Assembly: GCA_040882605.1 (NCBI GenBank) | Contig: JBBEAY010000023.1 | Coordinates: 12,786 to 76,785, forward strand | Source of the DNA: Actinomycetota bacterium | Lineage (GTDB): Bacteria > Actinomycetota > UBA4738 > HRBIN12 | Direction: 5' to 3' | Length of the DNA stretch: 64,000 nt | Shown here: in pieces, positions 8,229-17,762 of the stretch | Layout: each line of letters begins with the position of its first letter | Position numbering within the stretch: the first letter of the stretch is position 1 | Made by a program: the position numbers and the translations under genes | The notes under the pieces: generated by a model | What the model was told of the DNA's origin: nothing | The model's input: the letters and a program-made list of their open reading frames with translations, nothing else | Database searches by the model: none

Positions 8229-9752
8229 CTAGGCGATCGTGATGGTGAGCTGCGGCGACCACGCCGACGCCGAGCCGTTCGAGAGTTTGCGAAGTCGCGC
8301 CCGGAAGGCATATGCCCCCTTGCCGGCGTCGGGGGTGAACACGGCTGAGCCGAGCGTGACGTTCTGCTTCCAGGGCGCCCACTTGCGCGTGCCGGGACGC
8401 AGGATCTGCGCGTCGACGACGTAGGCGGCCGGCACGGTCGTGAGGCTCGACCAGGTGAGGGTGATCTGCGACGAGATCGAGCCGCTCGCCGCGCTCGCGC
8501 TCATCGGCACGGTCACGGCGCCGATCATCTTCCGGTGATCAGAGCACCGGAAAGCATACGTGCCGGCGACCGTGTAGCGGAAAGCGAACGAGGTTCCCGA
8601 GGCCTTGTTCGCCGATGCGAACAGGGCGAGCGAGCTGGAGTCGGTGACGTTGTGCGCACTCGGTCCGGCGAAGTCCCACACGACCTTCGTGCCGGCGGGG
8701 ACCACCGGCGTCGCGGGCGTGAAGAGGTTGTCGCTCGCGACGACGTGCACGTCGGCGGGTGGCGGCGGCGTGGCCGGCGGCGGCGCGACGAGCACAGTTG
8801 TGTTCGTCCCCCAGCTCGGGTTCAGGTCGTCGGCGGTCGACGATGCGATCGGGGTGCCGATGCCGGTCGCGAGATCGACGACCTCGATCTCGAACCCGGT
8901 GGCGGCGATCGCGGAGTCGTTGGCGAGCATGAGCTTCGAGCCGTCGGGCGAGAAGACCGGCGTGTAGACGAACGTGGCGTCGTCGGGAGCGTAGGCGAGC
9001 GACGTTGCGCTGCCGTCGGCTTTGGCGACGAAGACCTCCGTCGGGGCCGCGAACAGATCGCTGGCCCCGCGGAACGCGATCCGGCTCCCATCGGGCGACC
9101 ACGACGGCTCGCCGACCAGGGCGGTGGGCACCGTGCCGGTGAGCGCCAGCCGTGTCTGGCCCGAGCCGTCGGGCGCCATCGTGAACAGCTGAGAGGAACC
9201 GGTGCGGGTCGACACGAACAGGATCCCTATCCCGTCGGGCGACCAGTCCGGCGCCCAGTCGGCGTCGGCCCCCGATGTGAGCTGGGTGGCCGCGCCGCCG
9301 GAAGCCGGAACGCTGTAGACATGCTTCACGCCGCCTGAGCGCGTGCTCGCGAAGGCGACCGTCGCACCATCGGGAGACCACGCGGGACCCGAGTCGGCCA
9401 CGCCCGAGGTGAAGCCTGTTATCGCGGTCGCGGATGAGCCGTCGGCGTTCATCACCCAGATCGCGCGGCACGAAAGCGTGCACGATCCGGCGCGCTGGAA
9501 GGCGATGCGCATGCCGTCGGGCGACCACACCGGATCGGCGTCGAGCACGGTGTTGTCGGTGAGCTTCGTCGGGGCCGAGCCGTCAGGGTTCGAGACCCAG
9601 ATCTCGAAGTCACCGTCGCGCTCGGATTGGAAGGCGATCTGTCCGGCGGGACCGCCGACGACCGCACCGGCGGACACGGCGGGCGCGACGATGAGTCCGG
9701 CCGCGAGGGTGACGGACAGGAGCGCAGATGCGGCGAGGGGGCGTCGGTGCAT
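8229..9752 (-). CDS. Secreted TolB-like beta-propeller protein with C-terminal cupredoxin and Ig/Fn3-like domains
   Basis: Signal peptide MHRRPLAASALLSVTLAAGLIVAPAVSA. Repeated (W)SPDG..(I/L)AF PD40-type blades and a Pro-rich linker. Cupredoxin ligands HNV...FRCSDHRKM. Confidence 0.75.
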   Translation of the reverse strand: MHRRPLAASALLSVTLAAGLIVAPAVSAGAVVGGPAGQIAFQSERDGDFEIWVSNPDGSAPTKLTDNTVLDADPVWSPDGMRIAFQRAGSCTLSCRAIWVMNADGSSATAITGFTSGVADSGPAWSPDGATVAFASTRSGGVKHVYSVPASGGAATQLTSGADADWAPDWSPDGIGILFVSTRTGSSQLFTMAPDGSGQTRLALTGTVPTALVGEPSWSPDGSRIAFRGASDLFAAPTEVFVAKADGSATSLAYAPDDATFVYTPVFSPDGSKLMLANDSAIAATGFEIEVVDLATGIGTPIASSTADDLNPSWGTNTTVLVAPPPATPPPPADVHVVASDNLFTPATPVVPAGTKVVWDFAGPSAHNVTDSSSLALFASANKASGTSFAFRYTVAGTYAFRCSDHRKMIGAVTVPMSASAASGSISSQITLTWSSLTTVPAAYVVDAQILRPGTRKWAPWKQNVTLGSAVFTPDAGKGAYAFRARLRKLSNGSASAWSPQLTITIA

Positions 9753-9900
9753 GTCGCCAGGGTGGCCTACACGCCGTGTCCCCCGCTACCGCCGACGGGC
9801 CGACACGATGCCGCCGATGGTCGCGAACCGTGCGACGTCATCCGCCTAGTCCGAACGGCCTGGTCGCCCAGGTCCGAAGGACCATCGAACGGCGAGGCGA

Positions 9901-10674
9901 CTACCCGCGAAGGTCCATCAGACTCTGAACCGGCGAGAGGTCAAACTGGTTCTCGTTCTTCGCGCCGAGGCCAACGATCAGATGCTGAGCGCCTGCGTCG
10001 ATGAACGCCTCAGCCTGGTCCACTTCGTGGGTGTCGATCAGCACCGTGCGCTCGATCTCACCGGGGTCGCGGCCGATGCGTTCGCACCACTCGTCGAGTA
10101 CGGCGTTCTTCTTCGCATACGTCTCGGGCGGGCCGAAGCTGTTCCATGCCTGAGCGTGCTCGGCGACCAGTCGCAGCGTGACCTTCTCGCCGCTTCCGCC
10201 GATCAGGATCGGCATCGGCGAGCGCAGGGGCGGCGGGTCGAGCTTCGCGAGGCGAGCCTCGACGCGCGGCAGCGCCGCCTCGAGCGCGTGCAGGCGGTCG
10301 ATGGCCGTACCGAACTCGTAGCCATACTCGTCATAGTCGCGCTCGAACCACCCGGCCCCGAGGCCGAGGATCAGCCGCCCATCGCTCAGATGGTCGACCG
10401 TACGCGCCATGTCGGCGAGCAGCTCCGGGTTGCGATAGGAGTTACAGGTCACGAGCATGCCGAACTCGGCCCGTTCGGTGTCGCACGCGATCGCGGCGAG
10501 CAGCGTCCACCCCTCGAAGTGGTGACCGTCGGGCCCGTCGTACAGCGGGAAGAAGTGATCCCAGGTCCAGATGGAATCGACGCCCATGGCGTCGGCCTCG
10601 CGCCACCCGCGGCGCAGGTTCTCCATCGAGGTCAGCTGCGGATGGAATTGGGCACCCACCTTGAAGCGAGCCAC
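9901..10674 (-). CDS. LLM-class (luciferase-like) F420-dependent oxidoreductase
   Basis: 257 aa. GVDSIWTWDHF, LGLGAGW and GGSGEK motifs typical of the actinobacterial LLM family. Confidence 0.8.
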   Translation of the reverse strand: MARFKVGAQFHPQLTSMENLRRGWREADAMGVDSIWTWDHFFPLYDGPDGHHFEGWTLLAAIACDTERAEFGMLVTCNSYRNPELLADMARTVDHLSDGRLILGLGAGWFERDYDEYGYEFGTAIDRLHALEAALPRVEARLAKLDPPPLRSPMPILIGGSGEKVTLRLVAEHAQAWNSFGPPETYAKKNAVLDEWCERIGRDPGEIERTVLIDTHEVDQAEAFIDAGAQHLIVGLGAKNENQFDLSPVQSLMDLRG

Positions 10675-10771
10675 GACATCTCTCCCGTCGTGTCGGTGGC
10701 CCGGCCCGGGCCGTCACATCGACGCTACCGCAGCAGCCGTGTTCCGGGCGCGCGGAACCTTGGAGGCAGCC

Positions 10772-11401
10772 TCAGCCGACGTGGATGGTTGCCGCAGCCG
10801 ACCAGCGCGAGGCCTCGCCGAGCGCGACGTCGCGCATGCGCGCCCGGAACCGGTACTTGCCCTTCCCGGCGCCGGGGATGAAGAGGTCAGTTGGCGACAC
10901 AACGCCCCTTCGCCACGACGTCCAGATCGCGCCCGGGCGTCGGATCTGCACGTCGTACACGTGGTCGCCCGTGGCCACCGTCGACGCCCACGTCACTGCG
11001 AACGTTCCATGCACGCGGCCGGACGCGGGGGAGACCCTCATCGGCACCGAGACGCGCCCGCCCATACCTTCATGGGGCGTGCAGACGAACGAGTAGACGC
11101 CTGCCGCCTCGAACGTGAACCACGTGCTCGGCCCGCGGGGGGCCACAGGCCCCGAGTCGTAGAGCTCGAGCCCGGAGTTGTCGGTCGCCGTGTGGTGTAC
11201 GTCCCCGGCGAAGTCGAAGACGACCGTGCCCCCTCGCCCTACCGGCACAGTCGCCGGGTCGAAGTAGAAGTCTTCCACCGCGACGTGAACCCCACCGGAG
11301 GGTGGCGCGGTCCCGGCCGCCGCGGGCGCGCCGGCGCCGCCCACCAGGAAGCAGGCCAGCAAGGCCAGACCCGGCAACGCCAGCGACGCCCGTCCCATCA
11401 C
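10772..11401 (-). CDS. Secreted cupredoxin-domain protein with C-terminal Ig/Fn3-like domain
   Basis: Signal peptide MMGRASLALPGLALLACFLVGGAGA. Cupredoxin ligands HHT...FVCTPHEGM. The C-terminal ~95 aa are homologous to the tail of the 8229-9752 protein. Confidence 0.75.
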   Translation of the reverse strand: MMGRASLALPGLALLACFLVGGAGAPAAAGTAPPSGGVHVAVEDFYFDPATVPVGRGGTVVFDFAGDVHHTATDNSGLELYDSGPVAPRGPSTWFTFEAAGVYSFVCTPHEGMGGRVSVPMRVSPASGRVHGTFAVTWASTVATGDHVYDVQIRRPGAIWTSWRRGVVSPTDLFIPGAGKGKYRFRARMRDVALGEASRWSAAATIHVG

Positions 11402-11448
11402 CGTCCGTATCGGCCGGCAAAGGGGTGGAACTACAGCGCGGACCTACG

Positions 11449-12933
11449 ATGACCGCGATGAGCCCGCGGACCAACCCTCGCATCGGCAGCGCCCGCGACG
11501 CTCTGCGCCACGCCGACTTCCGCAGGCTGTTCGCGATGCGCATGGTGAGCCAGTCGGCCGACGGGCTTGTCCAAGCGGCGCTCGTCGCCTCGCTCGTCTT
11601 CTCCCCAGAGCGCGCGACCACGGCCGCGAGCTTCGCGCTCGCCTCGGCGATCGTGATCGTGCCGTTCTCGGTGATCGGACCATTCGTGGGTGTGTTCATC
11701 GACCGCTGGTCGCGCCGGCGCATCATGGTCATCGCGCCCTTGGTGCGCGCGGCGCCGGTCTTCCTGGTGCTCGCGAGCCCGACCCGTCAGGCGGCGCTCT
11801 ATTACCTCGGCGCGCTCTTCGTGACCTCGGTGAACCGGTTCTTCCTCGCGACCGCGCAGGCGGTGGTGCCAAGGCTCGTGCCGACCGAGGACTTGCTCGC
11901 CGCGAACTCGATCGCGACCGTCGGCGGCACGGTCGCACTGCTGCTCGGAGTGTTCGTTGGCGGGCTCGTCGCCGACGCGTTCGGCACGTTCGCGATCGTC
12001 TCGATCGCCGCCGCTATGTGGGTCGGCACGTCGTTCCTCGCGCGGAGCATCACGAGCGACCTGCGGCCATTGCAGCTTCCCGAATCCGCTGAGCTGCTGC
12101 GACACCAGCTGCAGAGGGTGACCGTGGAGCTCGCTGACGGCTTGCGCCACGTCGTGCAGACACCTCGAGCCGTCGGCCCGATCACCTCGATCGGTCTCGA
12201 CCAGATCGGACAGGGACTGATCCTGGTGCTCGCGCTCGTCGTGTTCCGCGAGCGATTCGACCAGGGCGTCGGATCGTTCTCGTGGTTGATCGGCGCCGGC
12301 GGCGTCGGGGTGTTCGCCGGCCTCGCCACGATCGGCGCGCTCGACCGACGGTTCGCGCGCGAGCGCATCATCTCCGGTGCCTTCGCCGTCGGCGGCGTGG
12401 CCGTGCTGCTCGTGAGCCTTCTCGTCACTCCGTGGACCCTGCTGCTGGCCAGCTTCTTCGTCGGCCTGACGTTCGCGTGGAAGAAGGTGCCCGTCGACAC
12501 CATGGTGCAGGAGGCCGTGCCCGACGGGCTGCGCGGGCGCGTGTTCGCGGCCTACGACGTGGTGTACAACGTGGCGCGCCTGACCGCCGCCGTGCTCGCG
12601 ATCCCGCTGCTGCCGACGCTCGGCGTGCAGGGTTCGGCCGCACTCGTCGGCATCGCCTTCTTACTGTGGGTACCGGTGCTACCGCGTTGGCTCGCGAAGG
12701 CGCCGGAGATCCACCTGCGGTTCGCCGAAGGAGCGAAAGCTGAGGAGAGGCCGCGTGCGGTGATCTGGGGCGGGGTCGAGGAACCGGTCGAGGTCGTGCG
12801 CTCTGCCCTCGACGAGCACGAGGGCATGCTCACCCGTCGGTTCCGGCTGTCACTCGCCGACGGCACCGTGCTCGACGTGAGCCGAGACGAACCCGAAGGC
12901 GACTGGCGCATCGACCGCGAGGTCATCGACTAG
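11449..12933 (+). CDS. MFS transporter with ~75-aa soluble C-terminal extension
   Basis: Trimmed to the MTAMSPRTNP start. About 12 hydrophobic segments with MFS loop motifs. The hydrophilic tail ...RFRLSLADGTVLDVSRDEPEGDWRIDREVID is unassigned. Confidence 0.75.
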   Translation: MTAMSPRTNPRIGSARDALRHADFRRLFAMRMVSQSADGLVQAALVASLVFSPERATTAASFALASAIVIVPFSVIGPFVGVFIDRWSRRRIMVIAPLVRAAPVFLVLASPTRQAALYYLGALFVTSVNRFFLATAQAVVPRLVPTEDLLAANSIATVGGTVALLLGVFVGGLVADAFGTFAIVSIAAAMWVGTSFLARSITSDLRPLQLPESAELLRHQLQRVTVELADGLRHVVQTPRAVGPITSIGLDQIGQGLILVLALVVFRERFDQGVGSFSWLIGAGGVGVFAGLATIGALDRRFARERIISGAFAVGGVAVLLVSLLVTPWTLLLASFFVGLTFAWKKVPVDTMVQEAVPDGLRGRVFAAYDVVYNVARLTAAVLAIPLLPTLGVQGSAALVGIAFLLWVPVLPRWLAKAPEIHLRFAEGAKAEERPRAVIWGGVEEPVEVVRSALDEHEGMLTRRFRLSLADGTVLDVSRDEPEGDWRIDREVID

Positions 12934-13154
12934 ACGCGAACTGGTGCCCCCAAACCTGAGCACGCCTCAGATCCCGGCTCACACTTTCACGTACAGCGAC
13001 GTACGTAGCTCTACTTACTTAGGCCGAGGTAGCTGGTTTCCCCGTTCTGAGGGTATCGACCTTGGCGCCCCCTGAGCGCACCATGTGCTTCGCGACGACG
13101 GATCAAACGAACCGCCAACACGGCACACGAGCACCACGCGGAAGGATCGGACGG

Positions 13155-13310
13155 ATGAGCGAACACACGGAGCACTCGGTCGGCACGGTAAGTGGCTGCT
13201 GGCGATTCATGACGATCGCGTACGAGCCCAGCTGGTACGCATCGCTCCTCACCTTCTCGCAGGTCCGCGACACCATGCGGATTGGCAGCGCTCAGTCCGT
13301 CAGCACGTAG
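13155..13310 (+). CDS. Candidate small ORF (51 aa), hypothetical
   Basis: GGAAGGA RBS 8 nt upstream of the ATG. Third-position GC is about 86% by my count (43/50), which is coding-like. No homology recognised. It is part of the listed 13062-13310 ORF. Confidence 0.25.
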   Translation: MSEHTEHSVGTVSGCWRFMTIAYEPSWYASLLTFSQVRDTMRIGSAQSVST

Positions 13311-13336
13311 CCCGGGATCCCCCTCGCGGGCTCACG

Positions 13337-13358
13337 AAAAGGCCGGAGCCGGCCGGGA
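13337..13358 (-). terminator. Intrinsic terminator candidate after the MFS gene
   Basis: The minus strand reads GGCCGGCUCCGGCC followed by UUUU, about 45 nt downstream of the stop at 13399. Confidence 0.45.
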
Positions 13359-13398
13359 ACGCGCCTTAGGACAGGTGACTCCCGCGCCGCCTCCGGTC

Positions 13399-14649
13399 TT
13401 ACCTTTGCCCCGCGAGCACCGGAACCGCGGCACGCCGGGCACGGACCGCCAGCAACGCGAGGCCGAGCCCCCCCGCCACCACGCCGCTGATCACGAACCC
13501 CACGCGCGGACCGAGGTGCTCACCGATCACTCCGGCGATCGGCGCTCCGATCGGCGTCGAGCCGAGGAAGACGATGCCGTACAACGCCATCACGCGGCCC
13601 CGCGCTTCGGGGCGAGCGTTGAGCTGCAACATCGTGTTGCCCGTGATCATGAACGCCATGATCGTGAAGCCCATCGGGATCATCGCGGCCCCGGCGAGCC
13701 ACAGCGTGGGTGCGAACCCCGAGAGCACGAGCGAGACGCCGGTCGCGACCGACCAGAGCGCCAGGTCACGCATGCGCGGCACGGGCACACGGCTCGCCAT
13801 GACGATCGCACCGGCGAACGAGCCCACTCCGGCGAGCGCGGAGAGTGCGCCGAACGTGCCTGCGTCGCCGCCGAACGTCTCCTTGGCGAGCAGCGGCACG
13901 AACACCGCGAAGTTGAACGAGACCGTGAAGACCACGGCCATCGCGAGCAGCGGACGCCGCAGCTCGTCGGTCGCCCATACGTACCGCAGCCCGGCGCTGA
14001 GGTGACCGCGCTCGCGCGTCGACCGCTTCTGCGCGTGCAGCTCGGCGGGACGCATCACGGACAGGGCGATCAGCACCGCGGCGAACGAAACCCCGTCGAT
14101 GAGGAAGCACGTCGCGATGTCGGCCTTGTCGATCACTAGGCCGGCGATCGCGGGCCCGATCACTCGCGAACCGGTGAACGCTGCGCTGTTGAGGCTCACG
14201 GCGTTGCGCACATGTTCCTCGCCTACCATCTCGATGTAGAAGCTCTGACGCGACGGGTTGTCGATCGCCGTGACGATGCCCGACGCGAGCGAGAGCGTGT
14301 AGACCATCCAGAGGTCGACGAGATCGGTGGCCACGAGGCCCCAAAGCGCGAGCGCGACCACGCCGTAGGAGGCCTGCGTCATCATCAAGATGTGCCGCTT
14401 GTCGAAGCGGTCCGCCAACACGCCGCCGTAGGCCCCGAGCAACAACACCGGCAGGAAGTACAGCGCGATATTGGCGCCGAGCGCCGTACCGCTGTCGGTG
14501 AGCGTGAGCACCAGCCAGGCGCTGGCGGTGAAATTCATCCACGTACCGATCGCCGAGACCGTGTTCCCGATCAGGTAGAGCCGGAAGTTGCGAGACGTGC
14601 GCGCCGAGGAGAACGTGCGGCCGATCACGGCGGTCACCCGAGGGCTCAC
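13399..14649 (-). CDS. MFS transporter (EntS/MFS_3-like efflux type)
   Basis: 416 aa with 12 predicted TM segments. N-terminal F..YL.G...S..G.W and DR.DKR motifs. Translationally coupled to marR. Confidence 0.8.
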   Translation of the reverse strand: MSPRVTAVIGRTFSSARTSRNFRLYLIGNTVSAIGTWMNFTASAWLVLTLTDSGTALGANIALYFLPVLLLGAYGGVLADRFDKRHILMMTQASYGVVALALWGLVATDLVDLWMVYTLSLASGIVTAIDNPSRQSFYIEMVGEEHVRNAVSLNSAAFTGSRVIGPAIAGLVIDKADIATCFLIDGVSFAAVLIALSVMRPAELHAQKRSTRERGHLSAGLRYVWATDELRRPLLAMAVVFTVSFNFAVFVPLLAKETFGGDAGTFGALSALAGVGSFAGAIVMASRVPVPRMRDLALWSVATGVSLVLSGFAPTLWLAGAAMIPMGFTIMAFMITGNTMLQLNARPEARGRVMALYGIVFLGSTPIGAPIAGVIGEHLGPRVGFVISGVVAGGLGLALLAVRARRAAVPVLAGQR

Positions 14650-15089
14650 GACGCCGGCTCCGTGACACGGTCGAGGATGCCGGCCGCGCGGTCGAGCGTA
14701 GCGAGATCATCGAGATCGAGACGCCTCAGTCGCTGTGCGAGGTAGCGGTCGCTGCGCCGACGGACATTGCGCATGAGCATGCGCCCGGCGGGAGTGAGCT
14801 GCACCCAGGACACGCGGCGATCGGCCGGGTCAGGCGTTCGTTCGACGAGTCCCTCGGCGACGAGCGACCCGAGGATGCGAGTCACCGTGGGCTTGCGCAC
14901 CTGCTCGTGCGCGGCGAGGTCGCCCGCCTTCATCGGTCCATGCCGCTCGATCGTGGAAAGCGCCGCAAGCAGCGTGGGAGAGATACCGGCCTGGCTCTCG
15001 CGCCGCAGCGTGCGCGAGGCACGGAACACCGACAGTCGCAGGTGCGAGGCGAGGCCCGCGAGGTCGGTGACAGGGGGAGCGGAGGGCAT
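14646..15089 (-). CDS. MarR-family transcriptional regulator
   Basis: 147 aa. Winged-HTH pattern LSTIERHGPMKAGDLAAHEQVRKPTVTRILGSLVAEGLVERTPDPADRR. 4-nt overlap with the MFS gene. Confidence 0.85.
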   Translation of the reverse strand: MPSAPPVTDLAGLASHLRLSVFRASRTLRRESQAGISPTLLAALSTIERHGPMKAGDLAAHEQVRKPTVTRILGSLVAEGLVERTPDPADRRVSWVQLTPAGRMLMRNVRRRSDRYLAQRLRRLDLDDLATLDRAAGILDRVTEPAS

Positions 15090-15225
15090 CGATCTCAGGA
15101 TAGTTCACATCGCTAACTAATGTCACATCGAGGCCGCGGACACCTCGACGGGCCGGCCGTGGAGCGGTGGGCAGAGCTCGGCAGATCTCCCGGCGATCGG
15201 CTCATCGGGGCGTAGGGTCGACGCC

Positions 15226-15465
15226 ATGAAGCACTCCGACCACGAGCCCGGCACCATGCAAGACTGCCCGGAATGCCGCGCGTTGGCGCTCGAGCCCGGG
15301 TGGTATAAGACCATGCGCGACGAGCGCGTCGTGGGCCGAAGACGCGACCAGGTGCTCGTGCCCGAGGCCGACGAGCCCGGCCCTGAGGTCGTGGTGCCCG
15401 ACGTTCCGGCCCGCCCCGACATCGAGGTGCTCGACCTCGAGCCGGCCGACCGTGACGAGCGCTGA
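15226..15465 (+). CDS. Hypothetical small acidic protein (79 aa)
   Basis: ATG start with high third-position GC throughout. Contains a CPEC motif. No family recognised. Confidence 0.4.
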   Translation: MKHSDHEPGTMQDCPECRALALEPGWYKTMRDERVVGRRRDQVLVPEADEPGPEVVVPDVPARPDIEVLDLEPADRDER

Positions 15466-15522
15466 GGCCGAGCGAACGCCCCGCGATCCGATCCGCTCGC
15501 TCTGCATGGTTACGCTTTCCCG

Positions 15523-16269
15523 GTGACGCGCGAATGGAACGCCGCCGCCTACGACCGGCTGCCGATCCCTATGACTCGATGGGGCGAGACCGTGCTCGGC
15601 TGGCTGGACCTCGCGGGCGACGAGCGCGTGCTCGACGCCGGATGCGGCACCGGCCGGGTTACCGAGAAGCTGCGGGCGCGGCTTCCACGGGGAGAGGTCG
15701 TGGCGCTCGACGGCTCCGTCTCGATGATCGAGCGGGCACGTGAGCGGCTCGGCGATGATCGCATGACCTATCTCGTCGCCGACCTGCAGCGGCCGCTCCC
15801 CATCGACGAGCCCGTCGATGCGGTGCTGTCGACGGCCACGTTCCACTGGGTGCTCGACCACGGCGCGCTGTTCCACAACCTCGCTGCCGCGATGCGCCAG
15901 GGCGCACAGCTCGCCGCGCAGTGTGGTGGCGAGGGCAACATCGTGTCTATCGAGGCGGCGCTCCGCGACATGGGCCAAGACTTCGCCGGCCGCAAGCACT
16001 ACGCCGGCCCCGAGCTCACTCGCCAGCGCCTGCAAGCCGCCGGCTTCACCGACGTTGAAACCTGGCTGCATGCCGAGCCGTCACCGATCCCCGAGAGCGA
16101 TCTCGAGTCCTACCTCGAGACGATCTGCCTCGGTGATCACGTCGAGGGAATGAGCGACGACGAACGCTCGAGCTTCGTGCACGAGGTCGCCCAGCGCTTG
16201 CCCGAGCCGGTCATCGACTACGTGCGGCTGAACATCAGAGCCCGCCGGTCCGACTCAGCGACCGAGTAG
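15523..16269 (+). CDS. Class I SAM-dependent methyltransferase (Tam-like)
   Basis: VLDAGCGTGRVT motif I, then VVALDGS and a Tam-like N-terminus (WNAAAYD). Confidence 0.8.
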   Translation: MTREWNAAAYDRLPIPMTRWGETVLGWLDLAGDERVLDAGCGTGRVTEKLRARLPRGEVVALDGSVSMIERARERLGDDRMTYLVADLQRPLPIDEPVDAVLSTATFHWVLDHGALFHNLAAAMRQGAQLAAQCGGEGNIVSIEAALRDMGQDFAGRKHYAGPELTRQRLQAAGFTDVETWLHAEPSPIPESDLESYLETICLGDHVEGMSDDERSSFVHEVAQRLPEPVIDYVRLNIRARRSDSATE

Positions 16270-17622
16270 TCCGTACCAGACTAGCCCGAACAACGCGCTC
16301 GAGGCGATCACCGGGAGCACCTTCCACTTGAGGCGCCAGAGGCCTACGAAGGCGACCGAGGCGACCACCGCGGCGAAGATGTCAACGCTGGACCAGACCG
16401 GGCTCGGCACGTCGAACCGGCCGAGCAACCGCGCTCCGCTGACCCGCTCGAACAGCGTCGCGATCGCGAACGTCACGGCCAGGTTGGCGATCACCCCGAC
16501 GACCGCCGCGGTGACGGTCTCGAGCGCGGCCGCGAGGCGACGGTTCCCTCGCAGGCTCTCGATGTACGGCGCCCCCAGGAATATCCAGAGGAAGCAAGGC
16601 GCGAACGTGGCCCACACCGCGACGAACGCACCGAGCGTGCCGGCGACGAGCGGATCGAGCCCAACGGGGTTCTGATACGCGCCGACGAACCCGACGAACT
16701 CGAGCACCATGATGAGAGGGCCGGGTGTGCTTTCGGCGAGACCGAGTCCGACGACCATCTGCCCGGGAAGCAGCCAGCCATAGGTCTGAACGGCGGCGAC
16801 GTTCACGTAGGCGAGCACCGCGTAGGCTCCTCCGAACGTGACGAGAGAGGCGCGAGAGAAGAACCAGCCCATGTCTGTGAGCGTGTCGCCGCCACCGCGC
16901 CAGGCCGCGATGAGCGCGATCGGCACGATCCAGACGATGAGGCCGACGATCAGCGTACGAGCGGCCCGCGCCTTCGACGGCATCGTGTGCGCGGCTCGCG
17001 GCGAGTCATCGCCGAGGGCGATACGTTCCTGTTCCTCGAGCTCGCGCGCGACGCCGACCTCGAACAGGTCCGGGCGCACCGCGCCGCCGACCAGCCCGAT
17101 CAGCACCGCGGCGAGCGCGATCAGCGGGAAAGGCACGTGCACGACGAAGATCGCGACGAACGAGGCGATCGCCACGCCAAGCATCAGGGTGTTGGCGAGC
17201 GCCTTCTTTCCGATGCGGATCGTCGCCGCCGCCACGATCGCGATCACCGCCGGCGCGAGCCCGGCGAAGATCGCACTGACCCACGTCGCGTCGCCTTGCG
17301 CGGCGTAAAGCCACGACAACCCGAACATGAGGAAGACGCTCGGCAGGACGAACATCACGCCGGCGACGAGCCCGCCCTTCACGCGATGCAAAAGCCACCC
17401 GAGGTAGATCGCGAGCTGCTGCGCCTCGGGACCGGGAAGCAACGTGCAGTAGTTCAGCGCGTGCAAGAACCGTGAGTTCGAGACCCACCGTCGCCGTTCG
17501 ACGATCTCGTCGTGCATGAGCGCGATCTGCCCGGCAGGCCCTCCGAAGTTGATGAACCCGAGCTTCACCCAGAAGCGCGCAACCTCCCGGAACGACACCC
17601 CGTGCTGCGGCTCGGCGCTCAT
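16255..17622 (-). CDS. chrA: Chromate transporter, CHR family
   Basis: Trimmed to the MSAEPQHG start. FINFGGPAGQIALMHDEIVERRRW and a second half with FGGAYAVLAYV, the duplicated CHR domains. Confidence 0.85.
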   Translation of the reverse strand: MSAEPQHGVSFREVARFWVKLGFINFGGPAGQIALMHDEIVERRRWVSNSRFLHALNYCTLLPGPEAQQLAIYLGWLLHRVKGGLVAGVMFVLPSVFLMFGLSWLYAAQGDATWVSAIFAGLAPAVIAIVAAATIRIGKKALANTLMLGVAIASFVAIFVVHVPFPLIALAAVLIGLVGGAVRPDLFEVGVARELEEQERIALGDDSPRAAHTMPSKARAARTLIVGLIVWIVPIALIAAWRGGGDTLTDMGWFFSRASLVTFGGAYAVLAYVNVAAVQTYGWLLPGQMVVGLGLAESTPGPLIMVLEFVGFVGAYQNPVGLDPLVAGTLGAFVAVWATFAPCFLWIFLGAPYIESLRGNRRLAAALETVTAAVVGVIANLAVTFAIATLFERVSGARLLGRFDVPSPVWSSVDIFAAVVASVAFVGLWRLKWKVLPVIASSALFGLVWYGLLGR

Positions 17623-17762
17623 TGGGCGAGTGTAAGGCGGGTGCAAGACCCAGCGAGGACGGCCAGGTTGAGCAACGCCGTTCCCACGCGCAGCACCATC
17701 AGGGCAGAACAGCACAAGTAGGGAAGTTCAGCGGCGACAGGTAGACACGAGGCGAGTGCGAT

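Noticed and set aside
12934-13398. tRNA, tmRNA or RNase P RNA in the long spacers (also 23871-24273, 51354-51830, 37911-38111)
   Set aside because: I found no GGTTCGA(A/G)TCC T-arm, no CCA-terminated acceptor pattern, no tmRNA tag frame, and no RNase P GAGGAAAGUCCGG-type block on either strand.
15202-16071. 289-aa minus-strand ORF
   Set aside because: It is antisense to the SAM methyltransferase and the 79-aa ORF, with no motifs and a shadow-frame composition.
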